In this document: piece after piece, positions 26,870 to 37,050 of the stretch | Numbering within the stretch: the stretch's first letter is position 1 | Layout: every line of letters begins with the position of its first letter | Notes under the pieces: generated by a model | Told to the model about the DNA's origin: nothing | Seen by the model: only the letters and a program-made list of their open reading frames with translations | The model's database searches: none | Position numbers and translations under genes: made by a program | Origin: a virus | Length of the DNA stretch: 64,000 nucleotides | Strand: one strand, 5' to 3' | IMG/VR virus record: IMGVR_UViG_3300011115_000844 | Location: 1-64,000 of that record

Positions 26870-29800
26870 TTATTTATTTTTAAGTAAATCAAAACAACTT
26901 TTTAACTCTTGAATTGACTTAACCAAAGTTGGTATTACTTGATTGCTATCGAAACTATAAAACCCACTTTTAGTTTTTCTAACTGTTTCGGGTAAAATCT
27001 TCATTATATCTTGTGCAACAAATCCTATATTTCTTTGACTACCTTGACATTGTGTATCGCACCAATAGTAAGTAATTGGCTTCATCTTCATTACGGCATC
27101 TAATCCATAACTACAACCTAAATCGCACACATCCCTTTTTAATCTTGAATCCGAAGTAACTTGTTGTATTACACCATTTGTATCAGAACACAAAGTTACG
27201 CCACCCGATGTTAAATTATCAGCAACTAAAAAATTTGATTTAAAAGAACACCCAACTGTGTTTACAATACTACATCCAAAAACACCTGCATAATCACCAC
27301 AAGCAAAATTACCCGTACCTCCTAAAACAAGAGAAGCACAACAACAAGTACAATTGTTACTACCACTTAAAATTGCACTATTAGGAGTAGAATCTAAAAT
27401 GCAGTTACTTTCACCATTTAATATTGTTCCATAAATACTTGAACCAAAAATGCAATTCTGTGTAATATTAGAAGCACCTCCATTTAAAATTTGACCATAA
27501 TTTGAACTGATATAATTATAAGAGCCATTTAAAATAGTTGAATTAGTTGGAGTGTCAATACAATTATTAGAACCCGTACCAATAAAATGAAAAGAGCCAT
27601 AATATCCACTTATCGTATTTATACATCCCGTACCTAAGAAGTTATAACAATTTCTAAACCCATTTGACACATTGGTATGCCCACCACCAATAAAAGCATA
27701 GAAACCTTCATTACTGACACAATTTTGCACACCGTTTGCTATTGTTGAATAATTGCTATTAATACTGACTAAATTTTGACAACCATTTATAATTGTTCCT
27801 GCACAACTACACGTAAAATTTTGACAACCATTTCCAACAAAGTTAAATTCATACCCATAAATTAAATTTTGCCTACCTGCACCAATAAAGTGATGAGAAC
27901 CAACATTCATATTGTTGGATAAGCCATTACCCATAAAAGAATATGTTGAATCTGTGCCATTGTTATAACCATTTGAAATTGTTGAATAGTTTGAACTTAG
28001 TATTTTATTGCAACAACCATTTACAATACTGTTGTTACAACAATTTATACTATTACAAACCCCATTTAAAATAGTGTTATTTGACCCAAGAGCAGGAGTA
28101 ATATTATCACCATTAATATTATTATTATAACCATTTAATATCGAAGAAAAATTATTGTAATTTATAGTGCTTTCGCAAACATTATGAAGAGCAGAAAATG
28201 TTGCGAATTGTCCCGTACAACTTGATATAAGTGTATTATTTTTAGCATTTATAACAGAAGAGTCACAATACCCATAAAAACCCGTATAATTACTATTAAT
28301 TATTGTAGAATCATTAGTATCATTAATTGCAATACTACAAACATTAGAAATAAAATTTTTATTGGATACGGGGTTTGAATTATACGATAATGCTAATCCA
28401 CAAGAATTGTTTATAAAATTGCAACACCCACACACTAATATTGAACTGCTATTTAATATTGTATTAAAAGCAGATTTTGCAAATAAGCAACTAATATCTG
28501 ATTTTATAAAATTATTATTAGCACAATCAAGCAATATGTTCTGCTTACCATCAATAAAATTTGATGAATTGCAACAACACAATTTATTTCCATAAGCAAT
28601 TACTGTGTTATAATTAGCATAACCCCCCGAAATGGAATTGGTTAGACCAAAGATATTATTTATTCCCGTATATGCACCCGAAATAGTATTGCCTAAGCCA
28701 AATATTTGATTTACAAGTGTACAATAAGATGATATAGTATTATTATAACCATTTATCTGTGTGTATGAATTAAAAGAATCAGTAATTTTATTATTGCAAC
28801 CCCAAACATTGTTAAAGCACCCATTAACGCAAATACAATTTTGTTCTCCTATTACTGTGCTACTACAAGTTGAATTTGCAATTAAGTTAGCACAACCACT
28901 CATTATGTTATTATAAGAACCATTATCAACATTATCAGCACCATTTAAAATTGTATTGTATTGAGTAGTAGTATCATTTATACAATTTTTGCAACCATTT
29001 AAAATAGAACCAAAAGTCAAACTTGAAACTTTATTAGTATCACCATTGCCTATAAAATTATTTACACTACTAACATTATCAATACAATTAGTAGAACCAC
29101 TTATTATTGTATTGGTTGAACCAAAAACACAATTGTCCTTACCAACACCAATAAACCCCCTTGTTCCATTAATATAATTATTTTCTCCATTTAATATCGT
29201 GCCACTACAACTACAAATACAATTTTGATACCCATTTAATATAGTGTGATATTCTCCACAAGCAAAACTACTTAAACCATTTAATATAGAATTAAAACCA
29301 TTTCCAAAACCAAAACTTGTAATACAATTACTTTGTCCATTAGATATGCTATTATTACACCCATCACAAATTATGTTTGAATCGCCTCCCGTAATTGAAG
29401 AACGTAATGTATTTGCACCTAAAATGCAATGATTTCTACCATTAGTAACTATATTATCGCAACCATCAACGCAATTTGTTTGACCATTTATAATGGTATT
29501 ATAACAACATCCACAAATACAATTACAAGTGCCATTTAAAATAATATGATGAACCCCACAATTAACAAGATTACAAACACCATTTAAAATAGTTGATTTA
29601 CCAATAGTCGCAGAAACGCAATTACAAAATCCATTTAAAATAGCACTATTATACCCACTATTCGAATTACAACTTCCATTACCTATGATTGAATAATAAC
29701 CACTATTGGTATTACGAACTCCATCTAAAATTATTGAACGATAATTACTAATAGTGTTACAAAAACCATTTATAATGGTTGACTTATAACCACTTGCAGA

Positions 29801-30658
29801 ACATATTATATTGCATTCGCCATTTAGAATAGTCGAACAACCCGAAGCTGAACCTACAATACAATTGCAATTACCCGTACCAATTAGATTTAAAGTCCCA
29901 CTATTACCTATTAAATTACAAGCACCTCCTATTATTGTAGATTGCGTATCTAAAATGCAGTTACAAAAACCACCTACTATTGAAGAACAATAATCAGAAA
30001 TTGTATTAAATTCCCCACCTACAATTACTGATTTATCCGAATTTGGGCAAATTGTATTACATTGTCCACCACCGATAAAACTTCTATTGGAGCAGTTTTT
30101 ATTTTCTTGCCCACCACCAATAAAACTATACGAAGCCGAAATGGTATTACAATCACCACCTGCAACAACATTATTTCTTGTTGTAGTACAAATTAAATTA
30201 AGAGTACCACCACCAATAGATGAATAACAACCGTTTACACAATTACATTTTCCCGAAAATATACCACTAAAACCTCCATTATCAATGCAATGTAAATCCC
30301 CACCACCTATAACACTTACGCAAGATTTATTTGAATTACTACACCCACTTAATATTGATGAATAAACACAACAAGAAATATTATTAGAGCCACTCAAAGC
30401 ACTACTACAATCAGCCAAAGCACAATTCGTTACGCCACATCTAATTGTAGAATTAGCACCATCTCCTAAAATCATTATACTTGGCTTCGCAGTAGCACAT
30501 ATACAAATTGTACCTGCCGTATTAATTGGTGAACCCCCTAATACCGTAATTCCATCACAACCACAAATAGCAACAGAGGTGACAGTACCCGTACCACCAC
30601 CTCCTCCCGAAGATTCCCCTCCAAAGAAACCCATACCTGCTGAACCAAAATCTGCCAT
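26870..30658 (-). CDS. Long Cys-rich repeat fibre with C-terminal intramolecular chaperone (peptidase S74)
   Basis: MADFG N-terminus; dozens of IxNGxxN repeats; SDSRLKRD...IGFVAQD...LVKSIQEL. Confidence 0.8.
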   Translation of the reverse strand: MADFGSAGMGFFGGESSGGGGGTGTVTSVAICGCDGITVLGGSPINTAGTICICATAKPSIMILGDGANSTIRCGVTNCALADCSSALSGSNNISCCVYSSILSGCSNSNKSCVSVIGGGDLHCIDNGGFSGIFSGKCNCVNGCYSSIGGGTLNLICTTTRNNVVAGGDCNTISASYSFIGGGQENKNCSNRSFIGGGQCNTICPNSDKSVIVGGEFNTISDYCSSIVGGFCNCILDTQSTIIGGACNLIGNSGTLNLIGTGNCNCIVGSASGCSTILNGECNIICSASGYKSTIINGFCNTISNYRSIILDGVRNTNSGYYSIIGNGSCNSNSGYNSAILNGFCNCVSATIGKSTILNGVCNLVNCGVHHIILNGTCNCICGCCYNTIINGQTNCVDGCDNIVTNGRNHCILGANTLRSSITGGDSNIICDGCNNSISNGQSNCITSFGFGNGFNSILNGLSSFACGEYHTILNGYQNCICSCSGTILNGENNYINGTRGFIGVGKDNCVFGSTNTIISGSTNCIDNVSSVNNFIGNGDTNKVSSLTFGSILNGCKNCINDTTTQYNTILNGADNVDNGSYNNIMSGCANLIANSTCSSTVIGEQNCICVNGCFNNVWGCNNKITDSFNSYTQINGYNNTISSYCTLVNQIFGLGNTISGAYTGINNIFGLTNSISGGYANYNTVIAYGNKLCCCNSSNFIDGKQNILLDCANNNFIKSDISCLFAKSAFNTILNSSSILVCGCCNFINNSCGLALSYNSNPVSNKNFISNVCSIAINDTNDSTIINSNYTGFYGYCDSSVINAKNNTLISSCTGQFATFSALHNVCESTINYNNFSSILNGYNNNINGDNITPALGSNNTILNGVCNSINCCNNSIVNGCCNKILSSNYSTISNGYNNGTDSTYSFMGNGLSNNMNVGSHHFIGAGRQNLIYGYEFNFVGNGCQNFTCSCAGTIINGCQNLVSINSNYSTIANGVQNCVSNEGFYAFIGGGHTNVSNGFRNCYNFLGTGCINTISGYYGSFHFIGTGSNNCIDTPTNSTILNGSYNYISSNYGQILNGGASNITQNCIFGSSIYGTILNGESNCILDSTPNSAILSGSNNCTCCCASLVLGGTGNFACGDYAGVFGCSIVNTVGCSFKSNFLVADNLTSGGVTLCSDTNGVIQQVTSDSRLKRDVCDLGCSYGLDAVMKMKPITYYWCDTQCQGSQRNIGFVAQDIMKILPETVRKTKSGFYSFDSNQVIPTLVKSIQELKSCFDLLKNK

Positions 30659-30669
30659 ATCTTAAAGTT

Positions 30670-30939
30670 TTAGAAACCTATTAGAACATCAACCTGCCCA
30701 CTACCATAAGTAATGGTTATGCCATCCAAAGGCGAAGCAGGTGACAAAGCACTTATATTAATGCCTTGACCTGCACTTAGCGTAACAGTAGAAGGAGTTA
30801 AATTCTTAAAAGGCAAATTGCCCAATACCGTACAACTACCCGTTGACGCACCACTTTGAACTGACAAAAACATTACACCATCAAGTTGATTTATTTCTAT
30901 TGAACCTGCTGATGTTAGTGTGTATGTAAATACTCTCAT
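30670..30939 (-). CDS. Small beta-rich putative virion protein
   Basis: 89 aa, S/T/G-rich, directly upstream of the fibre genes. Confidence 0.55.
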   Translation of the reverse strand: MRVFTYTLTSAGSIEINQLDGVMFLSVQSGASTGSCTVLGNLPFKNLTPSTVTLSAGQGINISALSPASPLDGITITYGSGQVDVLIGF

Positions 30940-30949
30940 AATTTTAAAT

Positions 30950-31369
30950 TTATTCAGTTATTATATCTTGTGTATCAAATAATTCTTCTAATTCAATTTG
31001 CTTTACATGAGTAATGATGTTGTATAAATACATAATCATTTTGTTTTGCTCATTAAAAAAAAGAACCACGCTTACATCTTCTTTTTCAATTTTATGTTCT
31101 TCGCAAAATCTGTTTAATGCCCCCTTTATAAATTTCGGCACAAACAAACTATACCCTTTAAAATCAATCTTTGCCCTTAATACTTGCAAAAATGTAATCT
31201 CCTTGTGCTTAACCCAATTGTTATAAATAACGTACTTCACATCGTTATTATCTTCATCTAACTTAAAAACAAGTTGTAAATCTTGTTTCTTTGTTTTTAA
31301 CTCTTTTGCATTCTCTTCTAAACACTTAGAAGCAATACTTGTAAATTTTTCTAAAATGTAATCAATCAT
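30950..31369 (-). CDS. Hypothetical protein
   Basis: Operon ORF. Confidence 0.65.
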   Translation of the reverse strand: MIDYILEKFTSIASKCLEENAKELKTKKQDLQLVFKLDEDNNDVKYVIYNNWVKHKEITFLQVLRAKIDFKGYSLFVPKFIKGALNRFCEEHKIEKEDVSVVLFFNEQNKMIMYLYNIITHVKQIELEELFDTQDIITE

Positions 31370-31388
31370 TTTTAATAGTTTTTATTGT

Positions 31389-31889
31389 TTAAGTTGTTGG
31401 TGTTAATCCTTTGAGGTACTCTTTTAATGAAGTTTCATATTTTATTGGTAATGTAGTTGATACAAAACCACTTTTTATACTTGCAAACCCATCAATTTTA
31501 AATCTAATGTCCTTATTTTTTGCAACATTCAAAGTAAAATCAATTAAATTTTTAAAAATAGCTTTCGGGTTTATTGATACAAAAATAGGTATAGAACTTG
31601 AACCATGTGCAGGAATTATAAATTCTTTTTCCTCCATGATATAACCAACATTCTTACCCTCTAAATATAAATCCAAATATAGCTTTTGTACTTTTGCTTC
31701 TAAGTCTGCAACACTTGTAAATAAGAAAGTTACATCAATAGCCAATTCTTCAAAAGAAAACTTACGAATTTTAAACCCTTGAATTTTCCATGTGAATTTC
31801 GATAGCAAATCTGCTTGTGTTTTGAAGTATTTATATAATCCAAAACCTAACAAAGACAAACCACCTACGGCTAATAATACTTTTTTCAT
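31389..31889 (-). CDS. LEA_2/WHy-like domain protein with N-terminal TM
   Basis: DLYLEGKNVG and IPAHGSSSIPI pattern. Confidence 0.65.
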   Translation of the reverse strand: MKKVLLAVGGLSLLGFGLYKYFKTQADLLSKFTWKIQGFKIRKFSFEELAIDVTFLFTSVADLEAKVQKLYLDLYLEGKNVGYIMEEKEFIIPAHGSSSIPIFVSINPKAIFKNLIDFTLNVAKNKDIRFKIDGFASIKSGFVSTTLPIKYETSLKEYLKGLTPTT

Positions 31890-32515
31890 TATCTCTTTTT
31901 TAATACAACTAATACCCCTAAAACCAATATTAAACCACCAACGCCATACATTATGTATTTAGTTGTCTTAGATGATTTATCATCACTTGCTGATGTAGGA
32001 GGTGTTGCAGTTGCCGATGTTAATAAATCAAGCGTTTCTTTCTTTGTTGCCTCTTCTTCTGCTTTTTTTCTTGTTTCTTCGCACTTAGCTTGTGACATTG
32101 CATTTTTATATTGAATCTCCATTTTTTTCAATGGTTCTAAAATTCTTTTTTGTGCAACTTTATCACTTGCATTAATTTCTGATTCCGAAATTATAGTGTT
32201 TTGTAATTGCTCAAATCTTGATGCTAAATAACTGCAATCACTAATTTTTGTTGGGTCAAGTTTCCAAGTATCTTGAACTTTATTTGCTTCAAAATCTGCC
32301 CTCGCTTGTTTGTCCTTATTAGAAAGGGTAGAAAAATTAGTAATCCCTAATGCGTTTGTAAATGCAAAAGGTACAATTATATTTGTCCAATTAAACCCTT
32401 TCTTTTTTTTACCACTTGCATTACTATAATTATTATCATCAACGAAGCATTTGTTACCCAAACGGCTTTCAGTTAATGCACCCATTTCGCTTCCTTCAAG
32501 CATATTTATTCCCAT
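31889..32515 (-). CDS. Putative virion membrane protein (C-terminal TM)
   Basis: YSNASG motif; DC...KC helical segment; TM followed by KKR. Confidence 0.65.
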   Translation of the reverse strand: MGINMLEGSEMGALTESRLGNKCFVDDNNYSNASGKKKKGFNWTNIIVPFAFTNALGITNFSTLSNKDKQARADFEANKVQDTWKLDPTKISDCSYLASRFEQLQNTIISESEINASDKVAQKRILEPLKKMEIQYKNAMSQAKCEETRKKAEEEATKKETLDLLTSATATPPTSASDDKSSKTTKYIMYGVGGLILVLGVLVVLKKR

Positions 32516-32526
32516 AGTTGTAAATT

Positions 32527-33090
32527 TTAAAATCTATATTTAATATTAAGTTTACTTAATGCGTCATTTATTTTACTTATTTCTCCATTATTCAATTCAT
32601 CCGAAACTGCCTTTGACAACGTTGCGTTTTCAACATTTCCCATACCCCATCCACATTGGTCATAGGTTCTTATTCCCCATGCCGTACTTAATTTTAAAAA
32701 ATCTAAATCGTTTTTGAATTTAGAAATAATCATTACCAATTTCTTACCACTATTGCTATAATTATTGTAATTCCAAATTGCAAGGAAGGGGGAGTACCAA
32801 TCAGAAATATTAAAGTCACAACCATCAAATTGTGATTGTAAAGCGTCAGCCCATGCTTTGTATTGACTATCTGAAAACGTTGGTCTTAATCCCGTAGTTT
32901 CTAAATCCTTAATTTCGTTTTTTTGTTCAACTACCGTTTCCATTGCTTTTTTTTCATCTCCTTCTTTTTTTAATCTTTTAATTAAAGTGTAACCAATATA
33001 AAAAGCAATGCCTATACCACTTATAACGACTACACCTCTTGCCCAAGTAGGTAAACCCGTATAAATTTCTAATGATTTTTTTTGTACCAT
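32527..33090 (-). CDS. Putative virion membrane protein (N-terminal TM, helical domain)
   Basis: TM followed by KRLKK. Confidence 0.6.
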   Translation of the reverse strand: MVQKKSLEIYTGLPTWARGVVVISGIGIAFYIGYTLIKRLKKEGDEKKAMETVVEQKNEIKDLETTGLRPTFSDSQYKAWADALQSQFDGCDFNISDWYSPFLAIWNYNNYSNSGKKLVMIISKFKNDLDFLKLSTAWGIRTYDQCGWGMGNVENATLSKAVSDELNNGEISKINDALSKLNIKYRF

Positions 33091-33111
33091 GATGTTTTAT
33101 TTTTATTATGC

Positions 33112-33366
33112 TTAAATTATTTTACCCGTACCAATCGAAAATGTTTTTCCACCAAACTCAAATGTTGGTAAATCTTTTCTTATTGCCATTGCCCATGCTT
33201 TTATGTAATCTTGATTCCAATCTTTTAAATAAAATGATGGGACTTTCTTCGTTACTTTTGATATAGTACGAGCATAGGAATATTTAGAAATCTTTAAATA
33301 ATAAAAACCATATCCTAAAGCTAATACAACGCCAACAACTATTGCACCTTTTGTATTCTTATTCAT
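33112..33366 (-). CDS. Small membrane protein (N-terminal TM)
   Basis: TM helix. Confidence 0.65.
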   Translation of the reverse strand: MNKNTKGAIVVGVVLALGYGFYYLKISKYSYARTISKVTKKVPSFYLKDWNQDYIKAWAMAIRKDLPTFEFGGKTFSIGTGKII

Positions 33367-34141
33367 AAACTATATAGTTATTCTTTTCGAAATTGTCAAT
33401 AAACGCTTTTATTTTATCGTATCTAACTTTATTCATTTCAGTTGGCGTACTTATAAATGTTTTCAAATACGCTTCGTGTCCTTCAAATCTTGGATAACCT
33501 AAACCTAAGTATATCAATAACCCATTCAAATCTGCTTCGCTTTCATTATCAATATCTTTGTTCACATAAAAGTGGCTATACTCATGTAGTAATATTGCCA
33601 TTCTCATTGCCACCGTATCGGGTGTAAATTTCTTTTGACTTACTTGTATAACGCCATTATCCTTGTTAATTCTTGCAGGTGTTTGTAACTCCTTACCCGA
33701 TTTGCTACTAATAATAGTAGGCAAATATTCTATTCTAAATTTCCCATCAGATGACTTGTATGTACCCGAAGATAAAACCCCTGCGTTAAAACAAAATTTT
33801 GTGCAAAAATTTATAAAACTTCTTAAATCATTATTGCTAAAATCAACAACATCTAATCTTTTTTCTAATGGAATTTTTTTAATCTCTACCACTTCAAAGC
33901 TATTATCTTCTTTGTGTTGACCTACTTTCTCATTGTAAAGATTGATTAAAGAAATTTTACCACTTATAGGCATACGGACATAAAACGAACACTCACCATT
34001 AACAGTTTTCCATCTATCCGTAAAAACAGTATTTTTTTGGTCAGCATCGCTAACCTTCAAATGTATTTTTTCGGGTTTATCAGTTTTTACTTTGATTAAC
34101 AAAGTAAACTCTTCATATCGTGTTGGTAATCTGTATATCAT
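33359..34141 (-). CDS. Zinc metallopeptidase (HExxH), candidate maturation protease
   Basis: LLHEYSH followed by ESEAD third-ligand motif; lies inside the virion gene block. Confidence 0.65.
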   Translation of the reverse strand: MIYRLPTRYEEFTLLIKVKTDKPEKIHLKVSDADQKNTVFTDRWKTVNGECSFYVRMPISGKISLINLYNEKVGQHKEDNSFEVVEIKKIPLEKRLDVVDFSNNDLRSFINFCTKFCFNAGVLSSGTYKSSDGKFRIEYLPTIISSKSGKELQTPARINKDNGVIQVSQKKFTPDTVAMRMAILLHEYSHFYVNKDIDNESEADLNGLLIYLGLGYPRFEGHEAYLKTFISTPTEMNKVRYDKIKAFIDNFEKNNYIVYE

Positions 34142-34389
34142 TAAAATTCTCTTTTTACTACCACCATTGGAGGTGCTACCGTACTAAATTTAGATGCGTT
34201 GTAATCCTTAACCATGTCATCGGGAAACAAACCACCATTACGCTTTGTTTTGTTTAAATCCAATACAATAGTTTTAGGTTCTTCCTTTTCCATTGGTGGA
34301 TTGATATCAATTACTTTAATTGGCTTTTTAACCAACCAATATGCAATGAAACCCACCCCTGCTACTAATAATAAATTTTCTAATTTCAT
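34141..34389 (-). CDS. Small membrane protein (N-terminal TM)
   Basis: TM followed by KK. Confidence 0.65.
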   Translation of the reverse strand: MKLENLLLVAGVGFIAYWLVKKPIKVIDINPPMEKEEPKTIVLDLNKTKRNGGLFPDDMVKDYNASKFSTVAPPMVVVKREF

Positions 34390-34391
34390 CT

Positions 34392-34685
34392 TTACTTATT
34401 TTTTTTATAAATTTTGTAACCAATAGCACCAACGATAATTACACCACCTAAAATTATAAGGTACTTATTAATTCCGAAAACAGTTTCATTACTTGTTTCG
34501 GTCTTATAACCACCTTTGGTTTGCATATCTTTTAAAGCATTTTGAATGTTACTGCTATCAACGGTTGGTTGTGGTATTTTTACGCCATCAAAACTTGCCA
34601 TCTTTTCATCTTCTCTAATTCGCCACTCTTTATAACTTAAAGTAGTGCCACTTTCTTTCCATAATTGATTCAAACTTTTTTCCAT
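34392..34685 (-). CDS. Small membrane protein (C-terminal TM)
   Basis: ASFDG motif; TM followed by KKNK. Confidence 0.65.
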   Translation of the reverse strand: MEKSLNQLWKESGTTLSYKEWRIREDEKMASFDGVKIPQPTVDSSNIQNALKDMQTKGGYKTETSNETVFGINKYLIILGGVIIVGAIGYKIYKKNK

Positions 34686-34711
34686 GCTATAAAAATAATT
34701 ATATTTTTTAA

Positions 34712-34879
34712 CTATTCGTAAAATTTGCTTACAGAATTACCGATAAATATTCCTGCGATACCAAAACCGATTACATACAATGCAGTAGCACCGAAACCTT
34801 TATTCTTTTTCATTGAATAAATAATGCCACTTAATACGCCTACACTACCTAATGTATTTGCTAATTTAGAATTTTGCAT
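34712..34879 (-). CDS. 55-aa membrane protein, 2 TM (not in ORF track)
   Basis: MQNSKLANTLGVVGVLSGIIYSMKKNKGFGATALYVIGFGIAGIFIGNSVSKFYE. Confidence 0.7.
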   Translation of the reverse strand: MQNSKLANTLGSVGVLSGIIYSMKKNKGFGATALYVIGFGIAGIFIGNSVSKFYE

Positions 34880-34882
34880 AAC

Positions 34883-35110
34883 TTAACTATTTTTTGGACT
34901 GATTAATTTAAAAATAAAGCCACCTGCTAAAGCACCTATTAAACCACCACCTATTAAACTCATTTGCCTTGAATGTGCTATGTATAAACCCAAAAATAAA
35001 CCTATTGCACTACCCGTCAAAGCACCTTCGCTTTGTTCAAGTAAAACCTTATTTCCACTTTTACTTTTATTCGATTTTATCTTATCAAGCATATCACTTC
35101 CGTAACTCAT
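34883..35110 (-). CDS. Glycine-zipper membrane protein
   Basis: Two GxxxG-rich hydrophobic segments. Confidence 0.65.
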   Translation of the reverse strand: MSYGSDMLDKIKSNKSKSGNKVLLEQSEGALTGSAIGLFLGLYIAHSRQMSLIGGGLIGALAGGFIFKLISPKNS

Positions 35111-35113
35111 AAA

Positions 35114-35515
35114 TTATTTTTTTCTAAAATAAAAAAATGCACCAACAACTAAAGCACCAACTATTATTAATTTAGTAGTTTTGCTCATGCCACTCGGTGT
35201 TGGTGGTGGAGTTGGGTTATTAGCTTCATCTAATTTTTTTGCTTCTGCTTCTAAATCTTTTTGTTCAAGTTCGGCTTTGGTTTGCTCGTTTTTTGCTTTT
35301 TGTTTATCGGCTTTGGCTTGTTCGTATTCAGCAGTTGCTTTCTCTACTTCACTTTGCGATTTGGCTTGTTCTAATTTAATTTTAGCCATTTTCATGTCAT
35401 ACTCTGCTTGTGCCTCTGCTTGTTTCTTTTTAACATATTCTCTTGACCTTGTAACCCCCGACCATGTAGTTAAATTAGAATAAGAATAGTCATTTACAAA
35501 TGTTTTGTTTTCCAT
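35114..35515 (-). CDS. Coiled-coil protein with C-terminal TM
   Basis: A/E/K/Q heptads, Pro linker, TM followed by RKK. Confidence 0.7.
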   Translation of the reverse strand: MENKTFVNDYSYSNLTTWSGVTRSREYVKKKQAEAQAEYDMKMAKIKLEQAKSQSEVEKATAEYEQAKADKQKAKNEQTKAELEQKDLEAEAKKLDEANNPTPPPTPSGMSKTTKLIIVGALVVGAFFYFRKK

Positions 35516-35519
35516 TTTT

Positions 35520-35756
35520 TTATTTTTTTTTCTTTAATAATACATAAGCAAGAATACCAACTACTAAAACGCCACCACCAATTAAAACGGGCATTAACCA
35601 CTTTTTTTTCTTAGGTTGTTCAGCAGGTGCATTAACATCATTTGACGTTGTAGCACCCGTTGTATCACCCGTAGGTTGCTCTAAACTTAATTTAGGGTTT
35701 ATACTACTTTGTCTTTGTGCTTCTTTTTGAATATTACCTATAAGACCTCTTGCCAT
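35520..35756 (-). CDS. Membrane protein (C-terminal TM; start moved to MARGL)
   Basis: C-terminus very similar to that of 35762..36571. Confidence 0.65.
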   Translation of the reverse strand: MARGLIGNIQKEAQRQSSINPKLSLEQPTGDTTGATTSNDVNAPAEQPKKKKWLMPVLIGGGVLVVGILAYVLLKKKK

Positions 35757-35761
35757 AACAA

Positions 35762-36571
35762 TTATTTTTTCTTTTTCATCACGAAATAAATGATAGTACC
35801 TAATACCAATATACCACCACCAATTGCAACGGGCATAACCCATTTTTTCTTTTCTTTATCATCAGTAGGAGTAACTTGTGGCAATTTGCCTTGTGCTTCT
35901 AAAACCTTCGCTTGTGCTAAAGCACTATCAGTTTTTGCTTTTTCAAAATCAATAGCTTGTTGATTAGTACCTTTTTGTGCGTTAGCATTTAATCTTGTAG
36001 AAAGATAACCCATACCAACATTTAAGTAATTTTGGATGTTTTCTTGCGAAAATAAAGTAGATAAAACTTCACCTGCTTTTGTTTTTTCTTTACCCGTTCC
36101 ATTTGCAAAGTTTGAATTTAAACTTTCAATTTTAGAAAGTTTATTTCTTTTTAAATTTGGAATTGAACTTTGTGCAATTCTAATTAATGAACCATCTCTT
36201 TGATTTCTTGGCTTTGGTAATCCATCACCCGTAACTTCAGCAACTATATAATCTTGCAAATTTTGTCTAAATTTAGGACTATCTTGAATCGCTTTAAAAG
36301 TAGCATCAATAATAGATTTTTTTGAAGACAAAGGGGTTACAAATGAACCTTGTCTTTGCAACATTCTTACCAATGCAGGTTTGTCAGTTTCCGATATAAC
36401 TGCAACTGCACTATTTATTGCAAATTGTGGGTCGGTAAACACCTCTTGTGTTTCAAAACTTGTTCTTTGACCTAAATTAAGTGTGTCACCACCATTTTGT
36501 ACTTGACTTGCTTTTTTTTGGTTAAGATAACCACTTGTTATTGCGTTTAAATTACCTTTACTAAACATCAT
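35762..36571 (-). CDS. Putative virion membrane protein (C-terminal TM)
   Basis: SNFANG motif; KKKWVMPVAIGGG TM. Confidence 0.7.
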   Translation of the reverse strand: MMFSKGNLNAITSGYLNQKKASQVQNGGDTLNLGQRTSFETQEVFTDPQFAINSAVAVISETDKPALVRMLQRQGSFVTPLSSKKSIIDATFKAIQDSPKFRQNLQDYIVAEVTGDGLPKPRNQRDGSLIRIAQSSIPNLKRNKLSKIESLNSNFANGTGKEKTKAGEVLSTLFSQENIQNYLNVGMGYLSTRLNANAQKGTNQQAIDFEKAKTDSALAQAKVLEAQGKLPQVTPTDDKEKKKWVMPVAIGGGILVLGTIIYFVMKKKK

Positions 36572-36584
36572 AATTTTTGTGTTT

Positions 36585-36977
36585 TTATTTTTTAACAATG
36601 ATTGCACTTGCTAATAATAAAGCAGATGCTATTATAATAATACCTATTTCTTTTGAAGAATTTTTGTTTTGGTTTTCGTTGCCAACAAAATTCATGTATT
36701 GCATATCATGATTACTTTTACAACCACAACCATTTGCATTACTAAAATTAGCTTCTTTTTTATTTTCAGAACTGTACTTCTCTATTAAAACATTTTTGTC
36801 GGGATGGCTATCCAAAACATCATTAAAAGCATTTTCGCCTTCATAAGCAACTACTTTTTTTAAGCAAATACCTAAATCGCCTTCATCTTTTACATTTTTA
36901 GCTGAATATCCGTATTTATGGATAATTGCTTTTGCTTGATAAGGGTTGCATGATGCAACGTAAGTGTATATATCCAT
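36585..36977 (-). CDS. Putative virion membrane protein (C-terminal TM)
   Basis: HPDK, FSNANG and MNFVG motifs; TM followed by KK. Confidence 0.7.
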   Translation of the reverse strand: MDIYTYVASCNPYQAKAIIHKYGYSAKNVKDEGDLGICLKKVVAYEGENAFNDVLDSHPDKNVLIEKYSSENKKEANFSNANGCGCKSNHDMQYMNFVGNENQNKNSSKEIGIIIIASALLLASAIIVKK

Positions 36978-36990
36978 GTTTTTTAAATTT

Positions 36991-37027
36991 AAAAAGGGGT
37001 AAGGGTTTTAAATCCCTACCCCTTTTT
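36991..37027 (-). terminator. Strong intrinsic terminator after the capsid candidate
   Basis: AAAAAGGGGTA...TACCCCTTTTT hairpin. Confidence 0.8.
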
Positions 37028-37050
37028 GTTTTGTATGTTGGGTTATAATA

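Noticed and set aside
23479-30658. Diversity-generating retroelement or invertase shufflon acting on the fibre genes
   Set aside because: No reverse transcriptase, TR/VR pair, recombinase or inverted cassette was seen; similarity is limited to protein repeats and the 5' ends
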